Below, in pieces: positions 49,061 through 58,882 of a stretch of 64,000 bases of DNA. A program made the translations under genes and the position numbers. The notes under the pieces were generated by a model. The model worked only from the letters and a program-made list of their open reading frames with translations. It had not been told where the DNA came from and did no database searches. This stretch comes from an uncultured Alphaproteobacteria bacterium (GTDB taxonomy: Bacteria; Pseudomonadota; Alphaproteobacteria; Methylaequorales; Methylaequoraceae): NCBI GenBank assembly GCA_902569095.1, contig CACFSX010000003.1:9533-73532 (forward strand), in the 5' to 3' direction. Every line of letters starts with the position of its first letter. The first letter of the stretch is position 1.

Positions 49061-50738
49061 CTTTTGACTTTTTATCATTCTTTTTACCCTCTTCAAGTGC
49101 AGCACCAATTATATCACCTATACTAGCTCCTGAGGATGATGAACCATATTCTTTAAGTGCTTCCTTTTCTTCCTGAATTTCCAGGTCTTTAATTGACAAT
49201 TCATAGGCATCGTCTTTTGCAATTTTCTTTAAAACCTTAGCATCAATTTTTTCACCAACAGCAAATCTCGATGTATTTTGCTCTGTTTTAATTTTTGCTA
49301 AATTAGATTTTTTAACAAATCCTTTCAGATCTTTATCAAAATTCACAGTTATCTTTTCATCGTCAATCTTTTCAATAACGCAAGTCATTGTTTTGTTTAC
49401 AAACTTATCCTCTCTAATGGAACTTTTTTTAAGTTGCTTTATTCCTAATGATACTCTTTCTTTTTCAACATCAATATCCAAGATCTTAAATTTAACTTTT
49501 TCACCTATCTTGTATTTTTCGATTGCTTTAGGACTGCTATCTTCCCAAGATATATCTGATGCATGAATCAAACCGTCAAGTTCTTCTGTTAAACCAACAA
49601 AGATTCCAAAATCTGTGATATTTTTAATATCACCATTTGCAATATCTCCTACTTTTTTTGTCGAAGCAAAAATTTTCCAGGGATTCTCAGAACATTGTTT
49701 AAGCCCCAAACTAATTCTTCTTTTGGCATTATCAATCTCTAAAATTATGACTTCCACTTCTTCCCCAATTTTGAGAATTGAGTTTGGATTTATGTTTTTG
49801 TTTACCCAGCTCATTTCAGAGGTGTGAATGAGGCCTTCCACCCCTTTTTCTAGCTCAATAAATGCTCCGTAATCTGCTATGCTTGATATTTTAGATTTAA
49901 TTTTAGAACCCACCTTGTACATGCTTTCAACATTTTTCCAGGGATCTTCTGTTAGTTGTTTAAGACCAAGACTAATGCGATTATTTTCTTTATCATATTT
50001 AATTACAATTACTTCTATATCATCGCCAATTTTAAACATTTCAGAGGGATGATTAACTCTTTCCCATGAAATATCTGTAACGTGAATTAACCCATCCATT
50101 CCTCCTAAATCAACAAAAACACCATAATCAGTTATATTTTTTACGATACCTTTTAACTTATCCCCTTCATTTATATCAGATAAAAGTTTGCTTCTGTCAG
50201 CTTTTCTAGATTCTTCTAATAAAATTCTTCTGGAAACAACTATGTTTCCTCTTAATTTATCCATTTTGAGAATTATCATTGGTTGAGGTTTGTTTAAAAG
50301 CGGTGAAATATCCTTGATTGGCTTTAAATCTACTTGACTTCCAGGAAGAAATGCCACTGCACCATTAATATCGACTGCAAATCCACCTTTAACTCTTCCA
50401 GTAATAACTCCCATTACCTGCTCTTTTTGATTTTGCTGTTTTTCAAGATTTGACCATGACTCTTCTTTTCTTGCTCTTTCTCTACTTAAAAGAGCTTCTC
50501 CCTCTTTATTTTCTAGCTTTTCTAGGTAGACGTCATATTTATCTCCCACTTTAACACTGTGGTCCTCTCCAGGTGAATGAAATTCTTTTATTGGAATTCT
50601 TCCTTCTGCTTTCAACCCTACATCTACGACAACTGTGTCGTTAATGATTGAAAGCACGGTACCTTTAATAATTTGACCTTCCTTATATTTAAATTCTGAT
50701 AAGCTTTGCTCTAATAATTCACTAAAATTTTCTACCAA
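49047..50738 (-). CDS. rpsA: 30S ribosomal protein S1
   Basis: Multiple S1 repeats (AFLPGSQVD, DYGVFVDLGGMDGLIH); TTG start with AGAGGA SD. Confidence 0.97.
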   Translation of the reverse strand: MVENFSELLEQSLSEFKYKEGQIIKGTVLSIINDTVVVDVGLKAEGRIPIKEFHSPGEDHSVKVGDKYDVYLEKLENKEGEALLSRERARKEESWSNLEKQQNQKEQVMGVITGRVKGGFAVDINGAVAFLPGSQVDLKPIKDISPLLNKPQPMIILKMDKLRGNIVVSRRILLEESRKADRSKLLSDINEGDKLKGIVKNITDYGVFVDLGGMDGLIHVTDISWERVNHPSEMFKIGDDIEVIVIKYDKENNRISLGLKQLTEDPWKNVESMYKVGSKIKSKISSIADYGAFIELEKGVEGLIHTSEMSWVNKNINPNSILKIGEEVEVIILEIDNAKRRISLGLKQCSENPWKIFASTKKVGDIANGDIKNITDFGIFVGLTEELDGLIHASDISWEDSSPKAIEKYKIGEKVKFKILDIDVEKERVSLGIKQLKKSSIREDKFVNKTMTCVIEKIDDEKITVNFDKDLKGFVKKSNLAKIKTEQNTSRFAVGEKIDAKVLKKIAKDDAYELSIKDLEIQEEKEALKEYGSSSSGASIGDIIGAALEEGKKNDKKSKDETK

Positions 50739-50797
50739 TTAATTTCCTCTATAATTTATTGATTACAATTACAAAATTTTCAAGTGATATGCAATTA

Positions 50798-51454
50798 TTA
50801 AATAAAATCTGTTCTTTTTCTTATATACTGTAATGCTAGCTCAAGTACTTGGGTTTCATTTATTTCTGATGTATCAATCTTGAAGCTGTCAAACGCAGGC
50901 TTGAGGGGTGAAATGTTTCTTTCAGAATCATCCATATCTCTTTTCCTCATGTTTTCAATTGTATTAGAATACTCTGATGAACTTAGTTTTAATTGTTGAT
51001 TTCTTCTAGAGGCTCTAATTTCGACATCTGCATCTATAAAAAATTTTACTTCTGCATTGGGAATAATTATTGTTCCAATATCTCTGCCGTCAATTATAGA
51101 ACCTTTACCATTGGGAGGGTTGTTGGCAAAGTTTCTTTGAAAGTTTACAAGTGATTTTCGAACTTCATTTGATTGTGAAATTTGGGATGCACGCTTGGAA
51201 ATTTTTTCTGACCTTAAAACATCTAATGTTTTGGTACTTTTAAACCATTTATCAAAATCTATATTAGTTGGTGATTGGCCTTTACCCTTCTTAATACTTT
51301 CAAAAGCATAAATTCTGTAGAGAAGACCAGTGTCTAGATGATCAAAATTTAGTTTTTCTGATAAATTCATTGCAAGTGTGCCCTTCCCCGATCCTGCTGT
51401 TCCATCGATTGCTATTACCGGTTTACAATTTTTGAAAATATTCAATTTTGGCAC
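50798..51454 (-). CDS. cmk: Cytidylate kinase
   Basis: IAIDGTAGSGKGT, LDTGLLYR, DGRDIGT. Confidence 0.95.
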   Translation of the reverse strand: MPKLNIFKNCKPVIAIDGTAGSGKGTLAMNLSEKLNFDHLDTGLLYRIYAFESIKKGKGQSPTNIDFDKWFKSTKTLDVLRSEKISKRASQISQSNEVRKSLVNFQRNFANNPPNGKGSIIDGRDIGTIIIPNAEVKFFIDADVEIRASRRNQQLKLSSSEYSNTIENMRKRDMDDSERNISPLKPAFDSFKIDTSEINETQVLELALQYIRKRTDFI

Positions 51455-52742
51455 CTAAATTCTGAAAAAGTTCTTTGAAAGTTGGAAAGGATGTTTTTAT
51501 CATTTCCATTTCATCAATAACTATAGACTTATTTGAAAAAAACCCAAAAATAAGCATTGACATTGCTACTCTGTGATCGCTCTCTGTTTCAACTTGATTA
51601 CCTCCTTCTTGTTTTTTTTCCCCAAAAATTTTTATAAAATCGTGTCCTAATTTCAACTTCACCCCATTTTTAGATAATGCATTTGACATTGAAGCAAGTC
51701 TATTACTCTCTTTAACTTTTAATTCATTTAAACCATAAAACTCTGAAACTCCTGATGCAAAAGAAGCTGCAACGAATAATATCGGATATTCATCAATAAG
51801 TCTCGGAACAATGTTTTTATTAACCACTGTACCAACTAAATTGGAACTTTCGACTTCAATATCACCAACAACTTCACCATTAAAATTTCTTCTATTTTTA
51901 ATACTTATATTAGCATTCATTTTTTTTAAAACATCAAGTAGACCAGTCCTGTAGTAATTAAGACCAACATCTTTTAATTTTACTTTACTTTTTTTTGAGA
52001 GAAGTACTGCCACTATAACGAATGCAGCAGAACTAAAATCTCCAGGAATTCTTAATTCTTTAGGTTCAAGAAAGTTTGGTGAAGTTAATTTAATCACATT
52101 TTTTTCCTTGACAAGGTTTGCTCCTAAAAATTTAAGCATTATCTCCGTGTGATCTCTAGATGGAATTTTTTCAACAATTTTAGTTGTGCCTTTAACATTC
52201 AAAGCTGCAAGTAAAATACAACTTTTCACTTGGGCAGAACCAACATTCAAAGTATGGTTTATTGGAACATGTTGGTTATTATTATTGAAAACTTTAATCG
52301 GAAGAAAACCGTCATTGTGTTTTATAGACACATTCATTTCCTGTAGAGGGTCAACTATTCTTTTCATTGGTCTAGATGATAATGATTGATCACCTGATAA
52401 TGTTGCATTGACTTCGCTAGTACTGAGCAGACCAGCCATTAGTCTCACTCCAGTTCCAGAATTTCCAAAATCTAAAATTTTTTGAGGATCAGAAAAAAAC
52501 CCTCCTTGTCCGAAAACTTCATAATAAGAATTTTTTTTAATTATTTTAATTTTTAAATTTTTAAGAACTTTCAAAGTGTTGATAACGTCCTCGGACTCTA
52601 AGAGCTTGAAAACTTTTGTATTTCCAAGGCATGTTGACGATATTATCAGTGATCTAATGGAAATTGATTTATCTGACGGAACATTAATGATTCCATTTAG
52701 TGGTTTACTTTTTGAAGATTTAAGAGTAATAGTTTTTTTCAT
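51423..52742 (-). CDS. aroA: EPSP synthase
   Basis: PSDKSIS, GNSGTG, SAQVKS, SRDHTE, IDEYP, VKESNR, DHR. Confidence 0.96.
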   Translation of the reverse strand: MKKTITLKSSKSKPLNGIINVPSDKSISIRSLIISSTCLGNTKVFKLLESEDVINTLKVLKNLKIKIIKKNSYYEVFGQGGFFSDPQKILDFGNSGTGVRLMAGLLSTSEVNATLSGDQSLSSRPMKRIVDPLQEMNVSIKHNDGFLPIKVFNNNNQHVPINHTLNVGSAQVKSCILLAALNVKGTTKIVEKIPSRDHTEIMLKFLGANLVKEKNVIKLTSPNFLEPKELRIPGDFSSAAFVIVAVLLSKKSKVKLKDVGLNYYRTGLLDVLKKMNANISIKNRRNFNGEVVGDIEVESSNLVGTVVNKNIVPRLIDEYPILFVAASFASGVSEFYGLNELKVKESNRLASMSNALSKNGVKLKLGHDFIKIFGEKKQEGGNQVETESDHRVAMSMLIFGFFSNKSIVIDEMEMIKTSFPTFKELFQNLGAKIEYFQKL

Positions 52743-52791
52743 TCCTATTATATGATATATAATTTATTTACTTTATTAATGAAAGTTGATT

Positions 52792-53091
52792 ATGGAAAAA
52801 CTTGACAGAGGCGCAAAGAGAAAATGCACAAAATGTAACACACTTTTTTTTGATTTTGGGAAATATCCTATTGTCTGTCCAAATTGTGGTGCAGATGTAA
52901 ACTCACTTTTAACTAATGTTTCAAGAAGGGGAAGACCTCCAAAGATTACAAAACCTGAAAATAATCAAGAAACAGACGAGATTGAAATTCAAGACATTGA
53001 GGATGACGAATCAACAAATGCTGAAGATGATGATACCCAGGAATCTAACGTCGAGGATATTGTTGAAATTGAGAGAGAAACAGATTCCTAG
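52792..53091 (+). CDS. TIGR02300 / FYDLN-acid family protein
   Basis: GAKRKCTKC...FFDF...IVCPNCG followed by an acidic tail; divergent from aroA as usual. Confidence 0.88.
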   Translation: MEKLDRGAKRKCTKCNTLFFDFGKYPIVCPNCGADVNSLLTNVSRRGRPPKITKPENNQETDEIEIQDIEDDESTNAEDDDTQESNVEDIVEIERETDS

Positions 53092-53141
53092 TTATTTAAT
53101 CGGAACGTATTTTTTTTACAGTTATAACTGAAAATATTTTT

Positions 53142-53217
53142 GGGGCTGTAGCTCAGTTGGGAGAGCGTCTGGATGGCATTCAGAAGGTCGTCGGTTCGAT
53201 CCCGTCCAGCTCCACCA
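53142..53217 (+). tRNA. tRNA-Ala (anticodon GGC)
   Basis: GGGGCTGTAGCTCAGTTGGGAGAGCG TCTGG AT-GGC-AT TCAGA...GGTTCGATCC...CAGCTCCACCA; G3-U70 identity pair. Confidence 0.97.
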
Positions 53218-53360
53218 AAATTTATTTTTGATATAAGTATGAATATTAAAATGATTTATATATCAAAGAATATTATTCAAATTAATTCTGTCATGATTAT
53301 TAAATTGATTTATGTAATAATTTATTGTAATTTTTAAAAGAATGCTTTTTAAGGTTCGTA

Positions 53361-53383
53361 TCTATTGCTCGAATTGAGGATTT
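53361..53383 (+). promoter_or_regulatory. ROSE-like RNA thermometer hairpin
   Basis: TTGCTC-GAATT-GAGGA immediately before the Hsp20 ATG; the U(U/C)GCU motif can pair with the SD. Confidence 0.55.
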
Positions 53384-53842
53384 ATGAGTAGAATGTCAGT
53401 GTTTAATAGCCCTTTTCTATTGGGATTTGACCATTTTGAAAGAACAATAGATAGGATTTCAAAACTTTCAAGTGATTCTTATCCACCATACAATATCGAA
53501 CAAACATCACCAAACAGTATCAGAATAACGATAGCCGTTGCAGGCTTCAACAAAAAAGATTTGGATATAAGTTTGGAAGGTAATCAACTTCAAATTAGAG
53601 GAGGTAGAGAAGATAGTGATTCTGAAAAGATATATATACATAGAGGAATTGCAACCAGGCAGTTCCAAAGAAATTTTATTTTAGCTGATGGCATAGAAGT
53701 TGAAGAAGCTTCAATGGATAATGGATTGTTATTTATTGATTTGTCTCAGCCAATTAGTAACGAGGAATCAAAAAAGATTGAAATTAAAGATAAAAATAAT
53801 AAAATAAAAGATAAGTTAATCAGTTTTGGAAGCGAAAAATAA
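53384..53842 (+). CDS. Small heat shock protein (Hsp20/IbpA family)
   Basis: SPFLLGFD, YPPYNIE, AVAGF, HRGIATRQFQRNF, NGLL. Confidence 0.95.
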   Translation: MSRMSVFNSPFLLGFDHFERTIDRISKLSSDSYPPYNIEQTSPNSIRITIAVAGFNKKDLDISLEGNQLQIRGGREDSDSEKIYIHRGIATRQFQRNFILADGIEVEEASMDNGLLFIDLSQPISNEESKKIEIKDKNNKIKDKLISFGSEK

Positions 53843-53844
53843 AA

Positions 53845-54063
53845 ATGCCGAAGTTTGATAATTCTACAAGTTTTGATTTTCTTGAATATGGGAATGCCTC
53901 CCTAGCTTTTGTGAAAAAAGAGATTCACAAAGAAGAAAATTTTACGACTGATGTTTTTTCAGTTTATTGTGCAGATGGAACCCTTCTTGCAGCCTTTGAT
54001 AGTAAAGAATCAGCTATAGCTGCTATTCTTCAGTCTGGTTTAGAACACATCAACCTTCATTAG
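53845..54063 (+). CDS. DUF1150-like small protein
   Basis: LAFVK...SVYCADGTLLA...AIAA...LH; typical partner downstream of Hsp20. Confidence 0.75.
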   Translation: MPKFDNSTSFDFLEYGNASLAFVKKEIHKEENFTTDVFSVYCADGTLLAAFDSKESAIAAILQSGLEHINLH

Positions 54064-54506
54064 ACTTTTCCAAAAAATTTATAAATTTCTTTTGAATTTT
54101 TTAAACGTCTAAGCTTCTTAACAAAACTTTCATTTTTAACAAAACTAGAGATTGAAGATAAAACCAATAAATGTTCAGATTGGCAATTTTTTGGTGCCAG
54201 AATTACAAAAACTAAATCTACATATTTTTTGTCTTGTGCAGAAAAATCAACTGCAGATTTTAATTTAAGAAATAAAACCATCGTTTTGTCTATCAGACTT
54301 ACTTTTGAATGAGGGATTGCGATTCCGTTGCCTATTCCAGTTGAGCCCAATCTTTCTCTTTCATTTAATTTTTCTATAATCTTAGAGCCTTCTTCTAAAT
54401 CATCTTTTGCAAAATAATTAGCGACAAACTTAAAAAGATTTTTTTTACTGTCAACATCAACATCAACAAGAATTGAATCAGGACCAATAAATTCAATTAA
54501 TTTCAT
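54060..54506 (-). CDS. ptsN: PTS EIIA(Ntr)
   Basis: ERERLGSTGIGNGIAIPH, VDLVF, HL..LS. Confidence 0.93.
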   Translation of the reverse strand: MKLIEFIGPDSILVDVDVDSKKNLFKFVANYFAKDDLEEGSKIIEKLNERERLGSTGIGNGIAIPHSKVSLIDKTMVLFLKLKSAVDFSAQDKKYVDLVFVILAPKNCQSEHLLVLSSISSFVKNESFVKKLRRLKNSKEIYKFFGKV

Positions 54507-55081
54507 TTTTTAGGGTCCACCCAGCCGATATTTCCATCTGATCTTCTATAAAGAATATTTAGCCTCTTAGAATTAATATTTTTAAAGAAAATAGCATTCT
54601 GATCCTTTAAGTTCATAAGCATTATTGCCTCACTCACAGAGATAGTTTTTATAATATCGTCAGATTCAGCAATTATAACTGGATCATACAAACTTTCTTT
54701 ATTATTTTTGCGTTCTGGATCTTGAATTATATATTGGTTTGCTTTTAGATTTTTCAGTGTTTTTCTATTTTTCAATCTATGATCAGTCAGTTTCCTGTGA
54801 TAGCGTCGAAGTCTTTTTTTTATCTTTTCATTTGCAACATTGAACGCACCATAGGCATCATTGCTCCCAGCGTTACCTTGAATAAATATAGCACTGTCAA
54901 TGTGAATGTTAATTTCACATCTAAAGTTAAATGTATCCTTAGAAAAAAGAACATTGCCACTTATAAAACTATCAAAATATTTTTTGAGTGTATTTGCCAA
55001 CGAATCATTGACATAGTCGGTTAGAGATTTACCTACTTTAGTTTGCTTACCTGAAACAGATATTTTATTTAAATCAATCAA
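54503..55081 (-). CDS. hpf: Ribosome hibernation promoting factor (long HPF/RaiA)
   Basis: VSGKQ, KRLRRYHRKL, C-terminal SVSEAIM...LYRRSDGNIGWVDP. Confidence 0.92.
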   Translation of the reverse strand: MIDLNKISVSGKQTKVGKSLTDYVNDSLANTLKKYFDSFISGNVLFSKDTFNFRCEINIHIDSAIFIQGNAGSNDAYGAFNVANEKIKKRLRRYHRKLTDHRLKNRKTLKNLKANQYIIQDPERKNNKESLYDPVIIAESDDIIKTISVSEAIMLMNLKDQNAIFFKNINSKRLNILYRRSDGNIGWVDPKK

Positions 55082-55830
55082 AAATCATTACCCAGATAGA
55101 ACGTTCTTACATTTTTATTTTTAATTATTTCATCAGGTCTTCCTTTGAAAAGAACTTTTCCTTCAAAAATAATGTATGCTCTATCTACAATCTCTAAAGT
55201 GCTTTTTACGTTGTGATCAGTCATCAAAACACCAATGTTTCTATTTTTTAGATTTTGAATTAATTTTTTTACATCTTGAATTGCTATAGGATCAATTCCA
55301 GCTAATGGCTCATCTAACAGAATAAAGTTAGGGTTAGACGCCAAACACCTAGCTATTTCTAATCGTCTTCTTTCTCCTCCAGATAAAGACATAGAGGACG
55401 CATATCTTAGGTGTTCTATTCCAAATTCTGCCAACAAGTCTTCAAGTTTTTTTTGTTTTATTTCAGTTGATTTTTCAGTTTTTTCCAATATCGAAAGAAT
55501 GTTTTCTTCAACATTCATTCCTCTAAATATCGACGATTCTTGAGGTAGATAACCTAACCCTAATTTCGAACGTCTATACATTGGGAATTCCGAAATTTCT
55601 TTCTTATCGAGATTTATAGACCCACTATCAGCTTTGATAAGACCCATGGTAATATAAAATAATGATGTCTTACCCGCTCCATTTGGACCTAGCAGAGCAA
55701 CAGATTCTCCTCTGTTAAGGTCAAGTGAAACATTATCCAAAATTCTTTTATTATCATAAGATTTCGTGACATTTTTTACTTCCAACCCTTTATTATTTAC
55801 TGCAATAAAAGGAATATCAATTTGACTCAT
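55078..55830 (-). CDS. lptB: LPS export ABC ATPase LptB
   Basis: GPNGAGKT, GYLPQESSIFR, LSGGERRRLEIAR, DEPLAGIDP, TDHNV. Confidence 0.96.
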   Translation of the reverse strand: MSQIDIPFIAVNNKGLEVKNVTKSYDNKRILDNVSLDLNRGESVALLGPNGAGKTSLFYITMGLIKADSGSINLDKKEISEFPMYRRSKLGLGYLPQESSIFRGMNVEENILSILEKTEKSTEIKQKKLEDLLAEFGIEHLRYASSMSLSGGERRRLEIARCLASNPNFILLDEPLAGIDPIAIQDVKKLIQNLKNRNIGVLMTDHNVKSTLEIVDRAYIIFEGKVLFKGRPDEIIKNKNVRTFYLGNDF

Positions 55831-56650
55831 CTGGATCCACTCCTCCCTTATCAATAAGAGCTCTTACTTTGTTCTCATTTAATTTATTTCCGGGTGCTGG
55901 CAATAACTTGCTGATGCCATTTTTAAGATCAACTTCAGCGTATTCACCTATCAAAAAACTCTCTCCTCTTTGCAGTTTTACATTTCCAAATAATTTGCAA
56001 ATTTCAGTTTCATTATTATAAATAGCTTTATCACTAAATGCTACTTCATTATTAGTTTTAATCGAAACATTATCAAATCCTAGAAGTTTTTTTACTGTGG
56101 TTTTCTGATTCTTTTCCTGAAGATACCAAACCAACTTATCAGCTAATACTAGAAACTCATTGTCCTTTTTGGCTTCGGCCTTTCCTGTTGCAATAGCAAT
56201 ATTTTTTGATCTCCAGTATTCTAATTTTTTATTAGATTTTAAAATATTTTTTTCAGATGTAAGAATTATATTCTTTCCAGTAATCAGAAAATAATCTTTA
56301 AGAATTTTATATTCTGCATACTCTCCACCTGTAATTTTCATTTTTTTATCTTTTACAACAACATTTTTTTTTGCTTTCACTTCTGTAATGTTCATATCTG
56401 ATGATTCGTTCTCTTTGTAAAAAGCTTCTATTTTGTCAGATTCCACAGATAAATTTCCACTCAAGGCTTTTGCATTTCCAAGTGCAACGTATTTATTTTT
56501 ATTTTTATGCCATTCAATTCCATCATCAGCGAAAATTTCGATAGGTTCGTTATTATTATCAAAATTTGTCAGTTGTTGTGGTTCAGAAACCGTGAAATTT
56601 ACACAGAATAAAAGGATTGTAATATAGAAAGTTTTAAAAATTTTTTTCAT
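55817..56650 (-). CDS. lptA: LptA/OstA family LPS transport protein
   Basis: PIEIFADDGIEW, beta-jellyroll-like repeats, LFGNVKLQRG; between lptC and lptB. Confidence 0.85.
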   Translation of the reverse strand: MKKIFKTFYITILLFCVNFTVSEPQQLTNFDNNNEPIEIFADDGIEWHKNKNKYVALGNAKALSGNLSVESDKIEAFYKENESSDMNITEVKAKKNVVVKDKKMKITGGEYAEYKILKDYFLITGKNIILTSEKNILKSNKKLEYWRSKNIAIATGKAEAKKDNEFLVLADKLVWYLQEKNQKTTVKKLLGFDNVSIKTNNEVAFSDKAIYNNETEICKLFGNVKLQRGESFLIGEYAEVDLKNGISKLLPAPGNKLNENKVRALIDKGGVDPDESN

Positions 56651-57218
56651 TGATTAGTTTCAATTTTGTTTTTCCTCTAAAAAAGATTTGTTCACCGTTG
56701 TTAAAGATTTTAAATCCTTCTGAAACAATAACTGAATTATTTTTTTTCCCATTTACTTTCTTGTTTCCTGATAGAATTTCTTTTTTAAAATCGAAATTTA
56801 TTTCAGAAGTTGTAAATGTCATATTTTCATTGTTATTAAATTTCACATTACCTTTTACTTCTAGTTGATCAACATTTTTATCAAATATTCCATTGTCACC
56901 GCTCAAGAAAAACCTTTCTTTTCCAGAAGAAATTTCTCCAGTTGGTTTTTCGAGATTAAAAATATTCGGTGCTTCCTTAAGTCTAGTTGCTTTATTAGCC
57001 ATTACTTTGAAGGGTTGATTTTTTTTATCAATACCCATAAAGGTAGGTTTATGTAAAACTTGCTTAACTGATTGAAAATCGCCTTCTTTGTACGAATAAT
57101 CAGTGAATATTTTTTCTTTTTCAATGGAGTTATTGTTATAAATTACTAGAATTAAAATCAAAATTGAAGAAAAAAAAAGAATATATTTAAGGCTTTTTAT
57201 AAATACTGAATAATTCAT
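56634..57218 (-). CDS. lptC: LPS export protein LptC
   Basis: N-terminal TM, PTFMGIDKKNQPF, KGNV; position in kdsD-lptC-lptA. Confidence 0.82.
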   Translation of the reverse strand: MNYSVFIKSLKYILFFSSILILILVIYNNNSIEKEKIFTDYSYKEGDFQSVKQVLHKPTFMGIDKKNQPFKVMANKATRLKEAPNIFNLEKPTGEISSGKERFFLSGDNGIFDKNVDQLEVKGNVKFNNNENMTFTTSEINFDFKKEILSGNKKVNGKKNNSVIVSEGFKIFNNGEQIFFRGKTKLKLINEKNF

Positions 57219-57223
57219 AATAT

Positions 57224-58165
57224 TTAATTATTTTTTAGTATGTCGTGCATATGAATAATACCAATAGGTTTTTTTTGTTTAGTAATAAAAATATTTGTAA
57301 TTGATTCCTCATTCATAATTTTTAGTGCTTTTGATATCAGAGTACTAGGTGATAAGGTTTTAGGTTTTTTTGTCATTATTTCTTTGACATTTTTATCAAG
57401 TAAGTTTGGATTCATATTACGCCTAATATCTCCATCAGTAATAATTCCAATCAGTTCATTTTGTTCTGATATTACCCCAACACAACCCTCTCCCTTCGAG
57501 GTCATTTCTAGGATTGCATGACTCATTTTTTTTGATTCAACTATCAATGGTATATCTAGATTAATTTTCATAACATCTTTGACTTCAGATAACATTTGTC
57601 CCAACTTTCCTCCTGGGTGGAGCTCTCTGAAATCACTTTCTGTAAATTTTTTTTTTTTTAATAAAGTTACAGCTAGAGCATCTCCTAAAGCTAAAGTACA
57701 TGTTGTGGAGCTAGTTGGAGCCAGTTCAAGTGGGCACGCCTCAACACTTTTAGGTATTAAAAGATTTAGAGTTGACTCTCTTGAAAGGGTGCTGTTTAGC
57801 TCACTTGTAATAGATATTATTGGTATCCTTAACTTCTTACAGTATAAAATCAAATTAATAAGTTCTGAGGTTTCTCCTGAGTTGGAAATTAAAATAACAG
57901 CATCTTTTTTTTCAAGCATACCTAGATCTCCATGGTTTGCTTCGGATGGATGAATATAAAATGAAGGTGAACCTACTGAAGAGAGAGTAGATGCAATTTT
58001 TGAAGCTATGTGACCGCTTTTTCCAATACCTGACACAACTATCTTTCCCTTATTCTTAAAAAGTAAATTTACAACTTTGACAAAATCCTTTGAAATATAT
58101 TTCTTCAGCAAATTAAGTGCTTTAATCTCAATATCAATAACTTGTCTTCCTGTTTTAATTTCCAT
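57224..58165 (-). CDS. kdsD: Arabinose-5-phosphate isomerase (KpsF/GutQ)
   Basis: GIGKSGHI, HPSEANHGDLG, SNSGET, APTSST, HPGGKLG, CBS pair. Confidence 0.95.
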   Translation of the reverse strand: MEIKTGRQVIDIEIKALNLLKKYISKDFVKVVNLLFKNKGKIVVSGIGKSGHIASKIASTLSSVGSPSFYIHPSEANHGDLGMLEKKDAVILISNSGETSELINLILYCKKLRIPIISITSELNSTLSRESTLNLLIPKSVEACPLELAPTSSTTCTLALGDALAVTLLKKKKFTESDFRELHPGGKLGQMLSEVKDVMKINLDIPLIVESKKMSHAILEMTSKGEGCVGVISEQNELIGIITDGDIRRNMNPNLLDKNVKEIMTKKPKTLSPSTLISKALKIMNEESITNIFITKQKKPIGIIHMHDILKNN

Positions 58166-58172
58166 ATTTCTT

Positions 58173-58820
58173 TTAGTGTGAAAAAATATCAGTATCAACG
58201 AAATCTAGTCGATCCAGCTTTATTCTGGTTGAAAGAAAAGAAAATAATGCTTTTGCAATATCTAACCTTTCCTCTCTATCAAGCATCTCCTCGAGGATTT
58301 TTTTTAATTCAAAAAGATGAATTACGTCATGTGTGGCATATCTCACCTGGCTCTCGGACAATTTTTGTGAGGACCAATCTGAGGATTGCTGAGATTTATT
58401 TAGATCAACAGACAAAAGTTCTTTACACAATTCTTTAAGTCCATGTTTGTCAGTATAGGTTCTAACGAGTTTTGATGCTAATTTTGTGCAAAATATGTTT
58501 TCAATGTTAATCTGAAAGGTTTTTTGTAGAATCGCAACGTCAAACCTCGCGTAATGAAATATTTTCTGAATTTTGTTGTTATTTAATATTTTTAAAACTT
58601 CTTGGTTTTTGTTTGAAAATTTTGGGTTTTTCTTTGTGAATTGAACTAAATGACATTCTTCTTTTGAGAAAGCAAACTGTATAAGGCAAAGCCTATCTCT
58701 TATTAAACTTAAACCTGTGGTTTCAGTATCAATTGCGACGATTTTTGGAATTTTTATTTTTGCTGGAAGATCGTCTTGATGCAAAAAAATTTTTGATTCG
58801 CCAAATTTAAAAGTTTTCAT
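58173..58820 (-). CDS. rnd: Ribonuclease D (short form)
   Basis: AIDTETTGL, RDRLCLIQ, FHYARFD, QQSSDW, YATHDV. Confidence 0.92.
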   Translation of the reverse strand: MKTFKFGESKIFLHQDDLPAKIKIPKIVAIDTETTGLSLIRDRLCLIQFAFSKEECHLVQFTKKNPKFSNKNQEVLKILNNNKIQKIFHYARFDVAILQKTFQINIENIFCTKLASKLVRTYTDKHGLKELCKELLSVDLNKSQQSSDWSSQKLSESQVRYATHDVIHLFELKKILEEMLDREERLDIAKALFSFLSTRIKLDRLDFVDTDIFSH

Positions 58821-58882
58821 TTTTCGATATTTTTATTTATGATATTAATACCAAAGTTGTAAGATAAATAGCAAAAAAAAAA

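Noticed and set aside
53119..53130. Palindrome CAGTTATAACTG upstream of tRNA-Ala
   Set aside because: Short and overlapping a likely -10-like element; no independent support for an operator.
53227..53267. Inverted repeat TTTGATATA...TATATCAAA after tRNA-Ala
   Set aside because: Almost all A/T with a 23-nt spacer; plausible by chance at this base composition.
57647..57659. Long T run in kdsD and other A/T homopolymers
   Set aside because: The reading frames remain intact (Lys/Phe runs); expected in AT-rich DNA.
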